Positions 12,743 through 26,724 of a stretch of DNA of 64,000 nt are shown in pieces (within the stretch, counting starts at the first letter, position 1; every line of letters begins with the position of its first letter). Origin of the DNA: Eledone cirrhosa (lineage: Eukaryota); assembly GCA_964016885.1 (NCBI GenBank), contig OZ024757.1, positions 11,408,001-11,472,000 of the forward strand, read 5' to 3'. The translations under genes were made by a program, and so were the position numbers. The notes under the pieces were generated by a model. The model ran no database searches and had not been told where the DNA came from. It worked only from the letters and a program-made list of their open reading frames with translations.

Positions 12743-13725
12743 TTAGATGTATTAAAACTACTTACAATATGATATCATTACATATTGTGTTAATAACAGA
12801 GATTTAGATGGGTGTTAGATGTATTAAAACTACTTACAAGATGATATCATTACATATGGTGTTAATAACAGAGATTTAGATGGGTGTTAGATGTATTAAA
12901 ACTACTTACAAGATGATATCATTACATATGGTGTTGATGACAGAGATTTAGATGGGTGTTAGATGTATTAAAACTATTTACAAGATGATATCATTACATA
13001 TGGTGTTAATAACAGAGATTTAGATGAGTGTTAGATGTATTAAAACTATTTACAAGATGATATCATTACATATGGTGTTAATGGTGGATTGGCAGTATTG
13101 ATAGAGGATCGGACGTCATGCTTTGCAGCAAAGAGTTACGTCCCTTTATGGTCCGAGTTCAAATCCCGCCAAGGTTAACTTTGCCTTTCATCCTTACGGG
13201 GTCGATGAAATAAAGCACAAGTTATACACTGGGATAATTACTAGCCTTGTGCCAAATGTAGAAACAATTATATATGGTGTTAATAACAGAGATTTAGATG
13301 GGTGTTAGATGTATTAAAACTACTAACAAGATGATATCATTACATATGGTGTTAATAACAGAGATTTAGATAGGTGTTAGATGTATTAAAACTAACAAGA
13401 TGATATCATTACATGTTGTTAATAACAGATTTAGATGGGTGTTAGATGTATTAAAACGACTTACAAGGTGATATCATTACATATCGTGTTAATAACAGAG
13501 ATTTAGCTGGGTGTTAGGTGTATTAAAACTACTTACAAGATGATATCATTACATATGGTGTTAATAACAGAGATTTAGATAGGTGTTAGATGTATTAAAA
13601 TTACTTACAAGATGATATCATTACATATGGTGTTAAATACAGAGATTTAGATGGGTGTTAGATGTATTAAAACTACTTACAAGATGATATCATTACATAT
13701 GGTGTTAATAACAGAGATTTAGATG
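12743..13725. repeat. 72-bp minisatellite (~11 copies) interrupted by a SINE
   Basis: TTAGATGTATTAAAACTACTTACAAGATGATATCATTACATATGGTGTTAATAACAGAGATTTAGATGGGTG with period 72 (12743, 12815, ...). Confidence 0.95.
13082..13271 (+). mobile_element. tRNA-derived SINE
   Basis: A-box-like TGGCAGTATTG and B-box GAGTTCAAATCC. 12-bp TSD ATATGGTGTTAA. Near-identical copies at ~36975, ~50390 and ~56660. Confidence 0.85.
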
Positions 13726-14349
13726 GCAAAATAACAAAATGTTGAAATTACAGACTTGATAAATTCCTTAAATATAATTCTTTTATTAACATCAAATAGA
13801 ATGAAATTTAGGTCATAAATACAATTTATAAAATTAATTATGAAAAATTAATAAATTGTTTACAAAACAATGAAATAAAAAAAAAAAATAAGGGAGTCAG
13901 AAAGAAAAAGAAAAACAGGTAAAACTACTTCTCCAATTACTATAACAGAGAATGTTGGTGTTACCCTCAAAAAGACTAGACACTCACAGCATTACCTCAT
14001 GTGATAGAGGGTCCCTTAATTACAAACTACAACAGGCAATGTTGGTGTACGCCTCTAAAACTTTTCATAGTAGGTGAGAGACGGTCTCTTAATTACACAC
14101 ACTATAGGAGGGAATGTTGGTGTAGGCCTCTAAAATTCAACATAGCAGAGAAGGCAATACCTTAGGTGATAGAGGTCCCTTAATTACACACACTATAGCA
14201 GGAAATGTTGGTGTTGACAAACGAAGGCTGAAATTTCTGGCATAGACTTAAAATTAATTCAAAAAGTCAAGAATAGATCAGAGAAATATTTTAATTTCAA
14301 ATGAAAATATATTACCTCAGGTGATAGAGGGTCCCTTAATTACACACTA

Positions 14350-14890
<541 letters not shown>

Positions 14891-16830
14891 TTTGTCGTGT
14901 TACCAACGTGACCAGATGACAGTATGGAGTGGGCGCCTTTTGACGTAGCACCAAAATGACCAAATTACAGTGTGGACTGGGAAAGTTTTATCACGTCAAC
15001 AACACGAGCACTTTACTGTGTCGGCTCGACGCTTTTCATCTTGTCAACAAGTTTGGGGTGGGCGTATATTGTGGTGTCACCATCACGATAGTGGGGGCTA
15101 GACGTTTGGGTCGCTACCAAACCTACTCTACAGGGTGGACTGGATTCTTTTGACATGTCCCCAACATGACCATCTTAAAGTACAGACTGGGTGTTCTTTG
15201 TTGTGTCACCAACCACCAGTCCACCCTACAGAGCAGACCTGGCTCCTTCTGTTGTGCCCCAACGTGACCCCTTACACTGGGTACTTATCATGTCATCAAT
15301 GTGACCCCCTGGAGGGAGGACTCTATGCCCTTTTGTCATGTTACCTTACAGAGATTTTATTCGTAGCACCAACATGAGCCCCTAACATGATGGACTAGGG
15401 GACTTTTTCGTATCACCAGCATGACCCCTTTAGAGGGTGGACTGAGAACTTTTAGCCATTTCAGCAGCATTGTAGGAGAGTGTGGTCAGCTTTCAACACT
15501 TGTATACATGGGTTGGTCAAGAGGGGTGCATCAGACGTGGAGAGTGTGGTGGGGATGGGGCGGGCATGTGTGTAGGGTGGGGATTGGAGAGGTATGTCTA
15601 GGGTGGAGTATTTAGCTGGTGAAGGGTGGAGTGTTAAGACGTGGGAGGAGTATGGAAGAGGAAGAGGTGGTGTATACTAGAAACCACTAGATGTTGCTTT
15701 ATCCTGTGTACATAGGAAGGCAGGTCTTCTGCAGTGCAGCAGAACTCCAGAGATCATCCATTGGGGCATGTAAGCTTCATTTCTTTCCAATATTCAAAGG
15801 TCCTCTACACACAGAAACCAGGACTCAAGACCATGCAGATTTGCTGTTCATATACACACATCAATCAATATGTCCTTCATTATGAGTGGAAACAACTTTT
15901 GTAGCTAACAGCAGTAGCTCCCTGAACTTTCTCCATCCAGTTCTCATTCTGGCAGCTGTATTTTCAGAACACACACCACCACTGCTAATTTTGTCATCCA
16001 GGTAACAGAAGCTATCAACTGCTTCTACATAACTCTCACAGAATTTAATAGAGCTTGTTACCTGTCAGCATTCGCTGCTTACTGCTCCTGGCCAGATATA
16101 AAACCTATGTACTTAGCTAGCCTACTTGAGATCTCACTACATCTCTTGTGTCCCCATGGTATACATTTAGGACAGGGTGGAATTTCTACCTACCCTTTAC
16201 ATACACACTGAGTAAGGCCATTTCTCTGAGGAGATCTGGACCTTGTTTTCTTTTCTACATACAAGGACTTTAGTCTTTGGCAATTTGACTTTAATACATT
16301 TTTATTCCAGGTTGTGCTACCAGATCAGGAATTTTTTTCTACTTCTGCCATAGATTCAGCTATGATAGTTCAATCATCAGCATACTGGATTTCCCAAGAG
16401 CATCTTGTTTTAAATTATTCTGATATAGCCAGGGTGGGGTGGGGTGATAATAAACAGGAGAAGAGCTAAGGACAGGGCCTTGATGAACTCCAACTTGCAA
16501 GTGAAACTCCTCACTATAGTCATTTATTTTAACCTTACTGATATCATGTATACAGGGCTTATACCACCCTCTCAGATTATCCCATAGAACTTCCTAATTT
16601 ACCTCTATATTATATGTCCCTAACTCCTCTTCCTTACTGTTTTAGATGTAATAGTAGGATGTCTCCGAATTTGTTACTTACAGAGAGTTACAGTTCTTCC
16701 TTCTCTATACTGGGCCTCTTAACCCTTACTTTAGGGTCACTGACAACTAGTCTATGTTGGGAGGTACATTCTTCCCCAGGACAGGCATTACAACCATTTG
16801 CCTGTCCCGTTTTCTGGAGGATAAAGTCTA
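14891..16830 (-). mobile_element. Old, internally deleted RTE LINE with degenerate ~40-bp 3'UTR subrepeats
   Basis: Similarity to 42180-45000: GWRKFRELLL-like, VDSFCYL-like and EECTSQHRLVVSD segments. Confidence 0.7.
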
Positions 16831-17639
16831 TTTGGTTTGTATGCCCCACTGTGCCATATATCTAGCTTCCATATACACCAGAAAATTTGTCATGATGTTT
16901 CCCAACTCACTCTAACTACCTTCATTACCTGGTCTACCTATCAATATAAACATTAAGACAGGTATGTGGAATTACATACTCACAATTATCTCACCTTATT
17001 ATGTGAATTTCATGAGTCGTTAGAATGTCTGATAGAATACTTTGCAGTATTTGTTTCAGCTCTCTACTCTCTCAGTTCAAATCTCACCTAGGTCGACTTC
17101 TCCTTTCATCCATTTGAGGTCAATAAACAAAGGTACCAGTCTAATACTGGGGTTGACTCTTCCTCTTTATCTCTTTCTCATTCACTCTCAATAATTCTCT
17201 GGAAGAAATCTGCTGTATTCAGACCTGGAGAGGAGATGGGTCCTGGCAGGTTATATAATACCCTAGAAATAACCTATGTCAATAGGTTGCTACTACGACT
17301 CCCTGAGGAGTTACAGGTCCATTCATACTTACTAGTAACATCAGAGATCAATTGGAAGCCCATGCTTTACCCCAGGTGATGGAAGGACCCTCAATTACAC
17401 ACAGTACCAGGAAATGTTGCTGTTGGCAAACAAAAGGCAGAAACTTCTGGCATAGATTTAAAATTAATTCAAAAAGTCAAGAATAGATCTGAGAAAGATT
17501 TTAATTTCAAATGAAAATATATTTGTAAAAATGGCCAGCAATGTTTGGAGTCTATCAAACTGCCAAGTATTCACATTTGATATTGGTGGAAAATAAGTTT
17601 AGATTTGTAAGAGAAAGGATGTCTCATATTTCATAGTTG

Positions 17640-18130
17640 AAAACTTTTCTTCCTCTGTGTGTTTGTTTCTAAGTAACTGTTAGAGAAAAAACATTTCCCA
17701 CATATTTCACTGTGTAAAAGGTTTTTCACCAGTGTTTGTTATTTTGTGTTTATTATATTCACTGTTACTAATGACAGATTCCCACATATTTCACAGTGAT
17801 AGGGTTTCTCTCCAGTGTGTGTTATTTTGTGTTTATTATATTCACTGTTACTAATGAAAGATTCCCACATATTTCACAGTGATAGGGTTTCTCTCCAGTG
17901 TGTGTTATTTTGTGTCTATTATATTCACTGTTACTAATGAAAGATTCCCACATATTTCACAGTGATAGGGTTTCTCTCCAGTGTGTGTTATTTTGTGTTT
18001 ATTATATTCACTGTTACTAATGAAAGTTTCCCACATATTTCACAGTGATAGGGTTTCTCTCTAGTGTCGTTTATTTTATGTTCAATTAAATGATTGTTCA
18101 GAACAAAAGATTTCCCACATATTTCATAAT
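17640..18130 (-). pseudogene. C2H2 ZNF copy Z4 fragment made of 83-bp finger repeats
   Basis: TTACTAATGA at 17765, 17848, 17931 and 18014 (period 83). [13 protein letters not shown] linkers. Confidence 0.85.
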
Positions 18131-20090
18131 GGAAGTGGGTGTCTTTAGTGTAATCTAATTATATCTTGTCAGCTTTTATTATTTCATCGCAAGCTTTCCT
18201 AGGTCTTGTTCTTTCATAGTTAACGACTTTGACAACCCTGTACCCTTTTATACAGCTGCCATCTTCCATATACATCACATGTCCAAACCACCACAATCTC
18301 CTCTCCTCTACACTGCATCTGACCTCTCTTATGCTTAGTTTCTCTCTCAGTTTGTTTATTAATGCTTGTTGTTCATGCATACTATTGCACATCTATCAGA
18401 TCCTGTAAATTTCATTTCTTTCCAGTCTTTATAGGTCCTCTGAATATATTGCCCTTGTCTCACTTCAATGTAACATTGCTGTTTCTACACAAACTTCATA
18501 CAATCTGCCCTTCATTTTCACGGGGAAATACTGTTGTAGCTAGTAGTGATAGTAGCTCCCTAAACTTTTCCCATCTCATTTTCGCTCAGGCTACTGTACA
18601 TTCAGAACACCCACCTCCATTGATCATCTAGATAACTGAACTGCTTCTACAGAGCCTTCTTGACATTTAAAGTAGCTTGATTTTTGTGAGCTCTTGCTAC
18701 TTATTGCTCTTGTGCATCAAGCACATACAAAACTTACATTATTTTGCTAACCTCACTGAGATCCCACTACATCTCTTGTTTATCCATAGTTTGGAATTTC
18801 TACATACTCCTTTCCTTTAGACTGAGCAAGGCCATTTTCTTGAGGGGATCTGGGCCCTGTTTTCCTTTCTATTTTGCCAAGTTAACTTTAAAACATTTTC
18901 ATTCTAGGTCATACTTCTGGGTTTGGAATTTCTCCTGTAATTTTATCATAGATTAAGTGACAAGGGTTCAATCATGTGCATACAGGAGTTCCCATGGACA
19001 GCCAGTCTTAAACTCTTACGCAATAGGCTGCAAGATGATAATAAACAGAAGAGGTTTAATAAGAGAGCCCTGATAGACTTGCTCACTCAATTCCTCACTA
19101 TAGCCATCATTATTTTTAACCTTACTGACTGCTCCTCCATACATGGCTTTTACTGCTCTCACAAGGCACTCATATACCCCTAGCTTTCTAAGTTACACAC
19201 CATATTAGGGAGCGGGGAAGTCTCACAGAAGCTCTCTCTGGGTCAACAAATGCCAAGTAGAGGGGCTTATTTTAGCTAGGTACTGCTCTTGCAGTTGCCA
19301 CACAAGGAAGAGGACATCAGTGGTACTTTTACCTGGCACAAATCCAAAACTTCATCTCATCTAGGTTAACTTGGTCCCGAATCAACTGTGTTATAACTCT
19401 AACACCTTCATGAAGTGGTCCATCTAATGTCTCTCTATAGTTTTCTAGCTCTAGTACATCTCCTTTGCCCTTGTAGCAGTTGATGATGATGATACTACAC
19501 CATTTATTTGGTATGACACCATTTTGTATTACTTGCTTTACGATACCAGTGGTTAAGATGTGACCCACCGCCCCAGATACTTTCAGTATCTCAGCAACTA
19601 TCACCAATGGACAAGATACTTTCTCTGTCTTCATATCCTTAATTACCTTACTACGCTACTGCTTACTTGTATGGCTGGACCCTCTGTTGGGCCCACTTTC
19701 AGTAGACTATCTTCCTCCAATGCATTCTCCTCATTCAGTAATCTTTCATAGAAGCATTTCCATGTTACAAAGGTTGGCTGAAAAGTTAATAGACTATCAA
19801 TGATAGCATGATGCTAGGGCTGTGAAATCTTGCCTGCATTAATTTCAACTTTTCTTATTTATAACTGCATTGTTTCCTTCCATGGACTATATTGAAAAAT
19901 AAACCTCATTTGGTCATTCCATGAAGTCACTAACTATGGGTTATGTTGGGAGGTGCATTCTTCCCCAGGGGGTGGGGATTGTGTGTTTACAAATGTCACT
20001 ATCTCATCTTCTGGTGAGGATAAAAATCTGACTGGCATGCTCACCTGATCAATAGGTGTTGAAGTGGTTGTCGGGTAAACGTTAAGACCC
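18131..20090 (-). mobile_element. Dead RTE LINE, composite copy A
   Basis: IVAEILKVSGAVGH, INCYKGKGDVLE and RRLWWFGHVM remnants. Same lesions as copies B-D. Confidence 0.85.
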
Positions 20091-20117
20091 TCTTATATAC
20101 ATATATATATATATATA

Positions 20118-20860
20118 CTAACAGTGGTACTCGGCGTTGCACGAGATAAGGTATCTTGAAAAGCGGGCCGCCAACAGGCCTAATTGTGGAAAAACTGCAT
20201 GCCTGGACAATATGTAAAGAAAATAAACCAAGATCTCTGATGGCTGGATAATCTTTAAGATTTTCTTCGATGAAGCCGGAAAAATGCAGGTTTTCACCTA
20301 ATGCGGGCGGGCCCCAGGGATCAAGAAAATGAATTTTTTTTTATGTGCATAATATGCCTTGAAATGTCGGGAAAATCGGCTAGACGTAACGCCTCCAAGA
20401 AGCCCTAAGAGACTGAAAAAATGAAGTTTTTCACCTAATGCGGGCCCTAGGCCATAATAGAGTTGGATTTTCTTTTCTTACGGTATGAAGAAGAGACTGA
20501 CTAATACATAGTTACAATTTCAAGAAAATCGGTCTGACGTAACGCCTCAAAAAACCCCTAAAAATGTTAAAAAACGCAGTTGAATCTTTTTATGTGCATA
20601 ACACTCCCTGAAACATAAGTAATACACATGTAACGTTTGAAAAAAATCGTTTGGGTACTTCTCGAGTTTTAGGGATTCAAACTCTCAGACACACACTCAC
20701 AGACACAGACAGACATCCCCAGGGAAGTGACGTAATGCAGACAGCCAGACATACAGATATTATAATGGCGCGACGTTATATGTATGTATCTATCTAAAAA
20801 GAGAAAGACTAAGAATTATAGAGAGAGATCGCTAAATCGCCTAATGTGGTCCCCAGGGCA
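20118..20860 (-). mobile_element. Non-autonomous Helitron (partial)
   Basis: Reverse-complement copy of the 25842-26704 family with a slightly mutated 3' hairpin/CTAG at 20118. Confidence 0.7.
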
Positions 20861-21628
20861 TAGGAAATTTATAATAAAATATATCTCAAACCAACTATTT
20901 TACATAGTAATATATATTCATCCGTCTGTTAATTTTTCTGTTCTCTCTATTCTTCATATCCGTATATTAATTTTCTCCTCTCCACATCCATATATTCTTG
21001 ATTAATTTCTATCCTCTCTACTCCCTCATCCCTCTTTATTATCCTCTATTTCTTTCTCACCTTTCTCACCTACCCTTCCTCGTAGTCTACAATATATTCC
21101 CCCTTCTCTCCTTCTCTACACATATCTTTATTATTATTAATATCAAATGTATTTTAATACAATAGGTTGATTTCGTAAAGTTGCCGGTTATACTTTTAAC
21201 TATATCTTAGCTCCTTCTTTCTCTCTCATGTCCAAATGTCTCCCTTCCTCTATTTATCATTAACAATAGTATTGATGGAGCAGTTTGAATTTTTTAAGTT
21301 TACCGTTACGCATATATTTTATATTTATTAAGAGTTTCTGATGAAATGGTTTGATTTATAGTTGATTTATACTTCTCCTGTATTAGCAATTTATAGACAA
21401 TTCTACCACGGAAACAATTGTAAGACTATAATTAAATACCCTTGATTGTTTTGTCAACCATGTTATTCTTAACTTTTTTATTACTCCAAGATATATTTAC
21501 ATAGGAATACAAGCACAATTGTCCCCAAAGTAAACATCTTGTCGAGTCCCATACTACCGTGTGCTTAAACTGTCCATGAGACGTTTTCGTAGACTTTTAT
21601 CGGATTACCTTTAACATTTTATTGTTAT

Positions 21629-21708
<80 letters not shown>

Positions 21709-21719
21709 ACATGACTTTT

Positions 21720-22135
21720 AGCGGTCGCAATAATGAAAGTAAATTTATTTTCATTTTCGAACGTCGTGTTTACATTTTGTGTGTTTAAAGGAAACATGCT
21801 GGCTACGAAGCTTCTTCTTTGTACGGCTCCATGTCTTCTCTATGAGCTGTGTGTGCACATCAAGGTCCGCAGGATCTACAAAGTTCCGTTCGTGCACCTC
21901 AGCATCATGAACGTAAATTCCACCTTCAGTTTCCTCAATTTCCGAATAGGAAGCCCAACCATCGGAGGTGATGCGGCTGCCTGGCAAAATCCCTGCTGAA
22001 TGATGGGGACGAGAGTGTCACAGCTTCGATTTGGGACTTCTACAAGGCAGCAGTATCCAGAATAGGGGACTGACCATTCTGCAAGCCTCCTTACAAGATT
22101 ACTGCCGTATTGAGTACTCTTCTCTTAACCGTCCA
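21720..22135 (-). pseudogene. Merlin/ISXO2-like (IS1595 family) DDE transposase fragment
   Basis: VEVPNRSCDTLVPIIQQ, frameshift, then LPGSRITSDGWASY...VHERNFVDP..VHTQLIEKTW..KKK, the typical SDG-W/Y, NFVDP and HTQxIE motifs. Confidence 0.8.
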
Positions 22136-22229
22136 CTACACACACACACATATATATATAATCAGTTAAAACAACAGAGGCTCTGATTTTGTCTTTAATC
22201 TCAGTAACTAATTGATATATATATATATA

Positions 22230-24221
22230 TATAGCGGCGAACTCGGTGTGTATGAATGTAACAAGGAGACATGGTTTGTGTGTATAATATTTAATCAACA
22301 ATTTAACAGTATAGTTGACATGTCAATGAATAAACGAAAGAATGAAGCAAAGTTAGTAGTTACCGTTTTGATTGCCAGGCAAACGCAGGCTGGCAGAAGA
22401 CGCCTGGCGAAGGCCAGGCGCCGGAAGGGCTAATGAGAGAGTGAGAACTTAAAGTTGTTAGTTTTATAGGGTTCTGACCGGAAGTTACAGAAAGGGTTCT
22501 ACTTCCCGTCTAGATGTTGTTAATCTATTGGGGTTGTGAGTCACAACAAAGGAGACAACTGCTACATAACCCCCCGCCAGTATTTTAGAATATAAAAATC
22601 GAATGAAATATGTAGCAAGTTGGCGAGAATGTTGTAACAGGCATGAAAATTACGACAAAAGAATATATGCAAAAATCAATGATAGATATCAAGGTAGCCA
22701 ACCGCTCTTGGCCAGAGAACGACTGGACATCTATCTATCCATCACCCAAAGGTACAATGTAATAAAGTAAGAGAAGAGCTCAAAGTTCAAATGTACAAAA
22801 TATAGTTCACAGGTGTGCAATCACATGACAGCAGGAAAGAAAGTGTGTTCCAGAGAATGAATGCAGGTGGTTTCTGTTCTGTGGTATATCGTGAAATTTC
22901 CAACCTCCGAATGGATTTTCTCACAGGAAGAGTGCTGCAAAAATAAATTCTCTGGCTTGTTCTGCTGGTTTTGGTTGTTGGTGAAGCTGTGTTGCTGTTG
23001 ATGTTGTTGTCTCACGGAGTGAGCGTATTCGGTGTTTAAATTCACAGTAAAAAACATTTTTTTTTAGAAAAAAAAGAGTTGCGCAAAGTGCTAGAAATAA
23101 CAGCCGAAGTTGATAGTCGATGTTGAGAATGCGTTGACCTGGAAGGGTCAAGAGGCCAGCGACCAAAGAAATAAGCATTCTGAATAAATGCGCAGTTTTC
23201 AACGGCAAATTTACGTGGTAAATTTTTAAACCGGCAAGTAGGAGAATATAGCTTAAGGCTGAAGAAGCCTTGGCGAGAAACGTTATCTCTGGCGTGCGGC
23301 TATCTCTGTGAGTCGAGATATCTCTGTGAGTCGAGAATTTGTGCTGCCTACACGTGCCAATACAAGGTTAAGTTAGGTTTAAAAAATAATATTTCTAACG
23401 CGCGAGAAAATGATAGTGCAAGTGTGAAAGTGACAATGATGAAAAAGAAAGGCTTCACTTAGCATAATTATTGGTGTGAACTTTTGAAAAAAAAACAAAA
23501 CTTGAACGATGAAGAAAACGATGGAAAAAAAAGGCAATGGTTCATCGAAAATAAATGTTCCTGTTGAAATGTTTTTAAAAAAAATATCAAATTTCTTTTT
23601 TTTTTGAAAGTGTTCGTTGTAAGAAACGAGAAACATATATATATATATCGTGAAATGCGACAGTTAGTTGATGCGTTAGAGAAAAAGTCTGTCTGTGCGA
23701 AAATTTCGCATGTGCGTGGTGTGTTCGTTTCTTTGACTGAGTATTTTCATAGTTTGTCAATAAATTTGCTGTGTATTCGTAATGTTACTCACACAACACC
23801 AGATTCTGCTATTTTTTTCTTTTTTCGGGGTGACCACTTATAACAATGAACGGCTGCGTGTTCGTATCACGTCAGGGTTACCAATATAACGGCGAACTCG
23901 GTGTGTATGAATGTAACAAGGAGACATGGTTTGTGTGTATAATATTTAATCAACAATTTAACAGTATAGTTGACATGTCAATGAATAAACGAAAGAATGA
24001 AGCAAAGTTAGTAGTTACCGTTTTGATTGCCAGGCAAACGCAGGCTGGCAGAAGACGCCTGGCTAGGGCCAGGCGCCGGAAGGGCTAATGAGAGAGTGAG
24101 AACTTAAAGTTGTTAGTTTTATAGGGTTCTGACCGGAAGTTACAGAAAGGGTTCTACTTCCCGTCTAGATGTTGTTAATCTATTGGGATTGTGAGTCACA
24201 ACAAGGGAGACAACTGCTACA
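22230..24221 (-). mobile_element. Non-autonomous LTR retroelement (337-bp LTRs, tRNA-Trp PBS)
   Basis: Direct repeats 22230-22566 and 23885-24221 differ at only a few bases and start with TGTAG on the minus strand. PBS TGGTAACCCTGACGTGAT (23883-23866). G-rich PPT GGCGGGGGG before the 3' LTR. No gag/pol ORF. Sits in (TA)n. Confidence 0.9.
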
Positions 24222-24271
24222 TATATATAATTATTCGAGGTTTTTGATATGAAATCGTGTGTCGAAACAAA

Positions 24272-24704
24272 TATTGTTATACTTGGGGAGGGTCATATTT
24301 GTGTAATATTGCGAGAATTAATAACAGAACACACTCACTGTTTGGTTGGTTTTCGCTTTTCGCTTCTGTGTCTTTTATATCGGTAATCTAATTTATTCGG
24401 TCCTCAATGTTGCCATTGACTGACCAACGCTCAAAAATAATAGAGATACAATATAGACACAAACACATATATATAGTTTATCAAAGTTCTTTTGTTGCAC
24501 ATCTGCAACATCGTCAGTGGTGTTATTGTTTCGTCCCGTTGCATTGCATTTTCTACGCCATCTTTATTTACTCTGTTTATATGATTTATAATTAGATTAC
24601 CAATATAAAAGACACAGAAGCGAAAAGCGAAAACCAACCAAACAGTGAGTGTGTTCTGTTATTAATTCTGGCAATATTACACAAATATGACCCTCCCCAA
24701 GTAT

Positions 24705-24710
<6 letters not shown>
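24272..24710. repeat. Inverted repeat with ~120-bp arms
   Basis: 24272-24392 is the reverse complement of ~24590-24710. Confidence 0.85.
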
Positions 24711-24768
<58 letters not shown>

Positions 24769-24996
24769 GAATACATACACAAAAACACACATACACATAC
24801 ATATCCATATATATATATATACACACAAATACGCATATACATGCGTATACACATACATATAAACGCACGTACACACAAACATACGCATACATAGATACGC
24901 CCACTCATACAAATACGTACATACATACACTCATAAATATACACATATACACACACATATACAGTATAAAGATGAAGTACGCTCCACATGGGAAAA

Positions 24997-25801
<805 letters not shown>

Positions 25802-25841
25802 AATATATATATTTGTACATATATAAATATATATATATATT

Positions 25842-26704
25842 TAAAACTGAGGATGTCTGTGTGCCTGTGAGTTCGAATCCCTAAAACTCAAGAACCACCC
25901 AACCGACTCTTTTCAACCTTTACACATGTAATACTTATGTTTCAGGGAGTCGTCTGGGCAAAACAAATTTCTAATTTTCTATGCCCTAGGGACCGCAATA
26001 GGCGATTTAGCGATCTCTCTCTATAATTCTTAGTCTTTCACTTTTTAGATAGATACATACATATAATGTCGCGCCCTTATAATATCTGTCTGTATGTCTG
26101 TATTACGTCACTTCCTGAGGATGTCTATATGTGTGTGTGTGTGAGTTTGAATCCCTAAAACTCGAGAAGTACCCAACCGATTTTTTTCAAACTTTACATG
26201 TGTATTACTTATGTTCCAGGGAGTGTTATGCACATAAAAAAAATCAACTGCGTTTTTTAACATTTTTAGGGGTTATTTGAGGCGTTACGTCAGACCGATT
26301 TCCTTGAAATTGTAACTATATATTAGTCAGTCTCTTCTGCATACCGTGAGCAAAGAAAATCCAACTCTCTTATGGCCTAGGGCCCGCATTAGGTGAACAA
26401 TTTCATTTTTTCAGCGTCTTAGGGCTTCTTGGAGGCGTTACGTCTAGCCGATTTTCCCGAAATTTCAAGGCATGTTATGCACATAAAAAATATTCATTTT
26501 CATGATCCGTAGGGCCCGCATTAGGTGAAAACCTGCATTTTTCTTGCTTCATCGAGTAAAATTTTAAAGATTATCCAGCCATCAGAGTATTCGGTTTATT
26601 TTCTTTACATATTGTCCAGGCAAGCAGTTTTTCCACTATTAGGTCTGTTGGCGGCCCACGTTCCAAAATACCTTATCCCGTGCAACGCCGGGTACCACTG
26701 CTAG
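25842..26704 (+). mobile_element. Non-autonomous Helitron
   Basis: 3' hairpin CCCGTGCAACGCCGGG (26677-26692), then CTAG (26701-26704) followed by T. AT-rich 5' end, internal subrepeats, no TSD. Confidence 0.8.
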
Positions 26705-26724
26705 TATGTATATATATGTATATA

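Noticed and set aside
22212-24088. Duplicated 73-80-aa ORFs ending ARRRKG
   Set aside because: They are antisense readings of the two LTRs.
24485-24545. Minus-strand CTGACGA-TGTTGCA(gatg)TGCAAC hammerhead-like start
   Set aside because: Followed by AAAA rather than GAAA, with no helix I/III closure.
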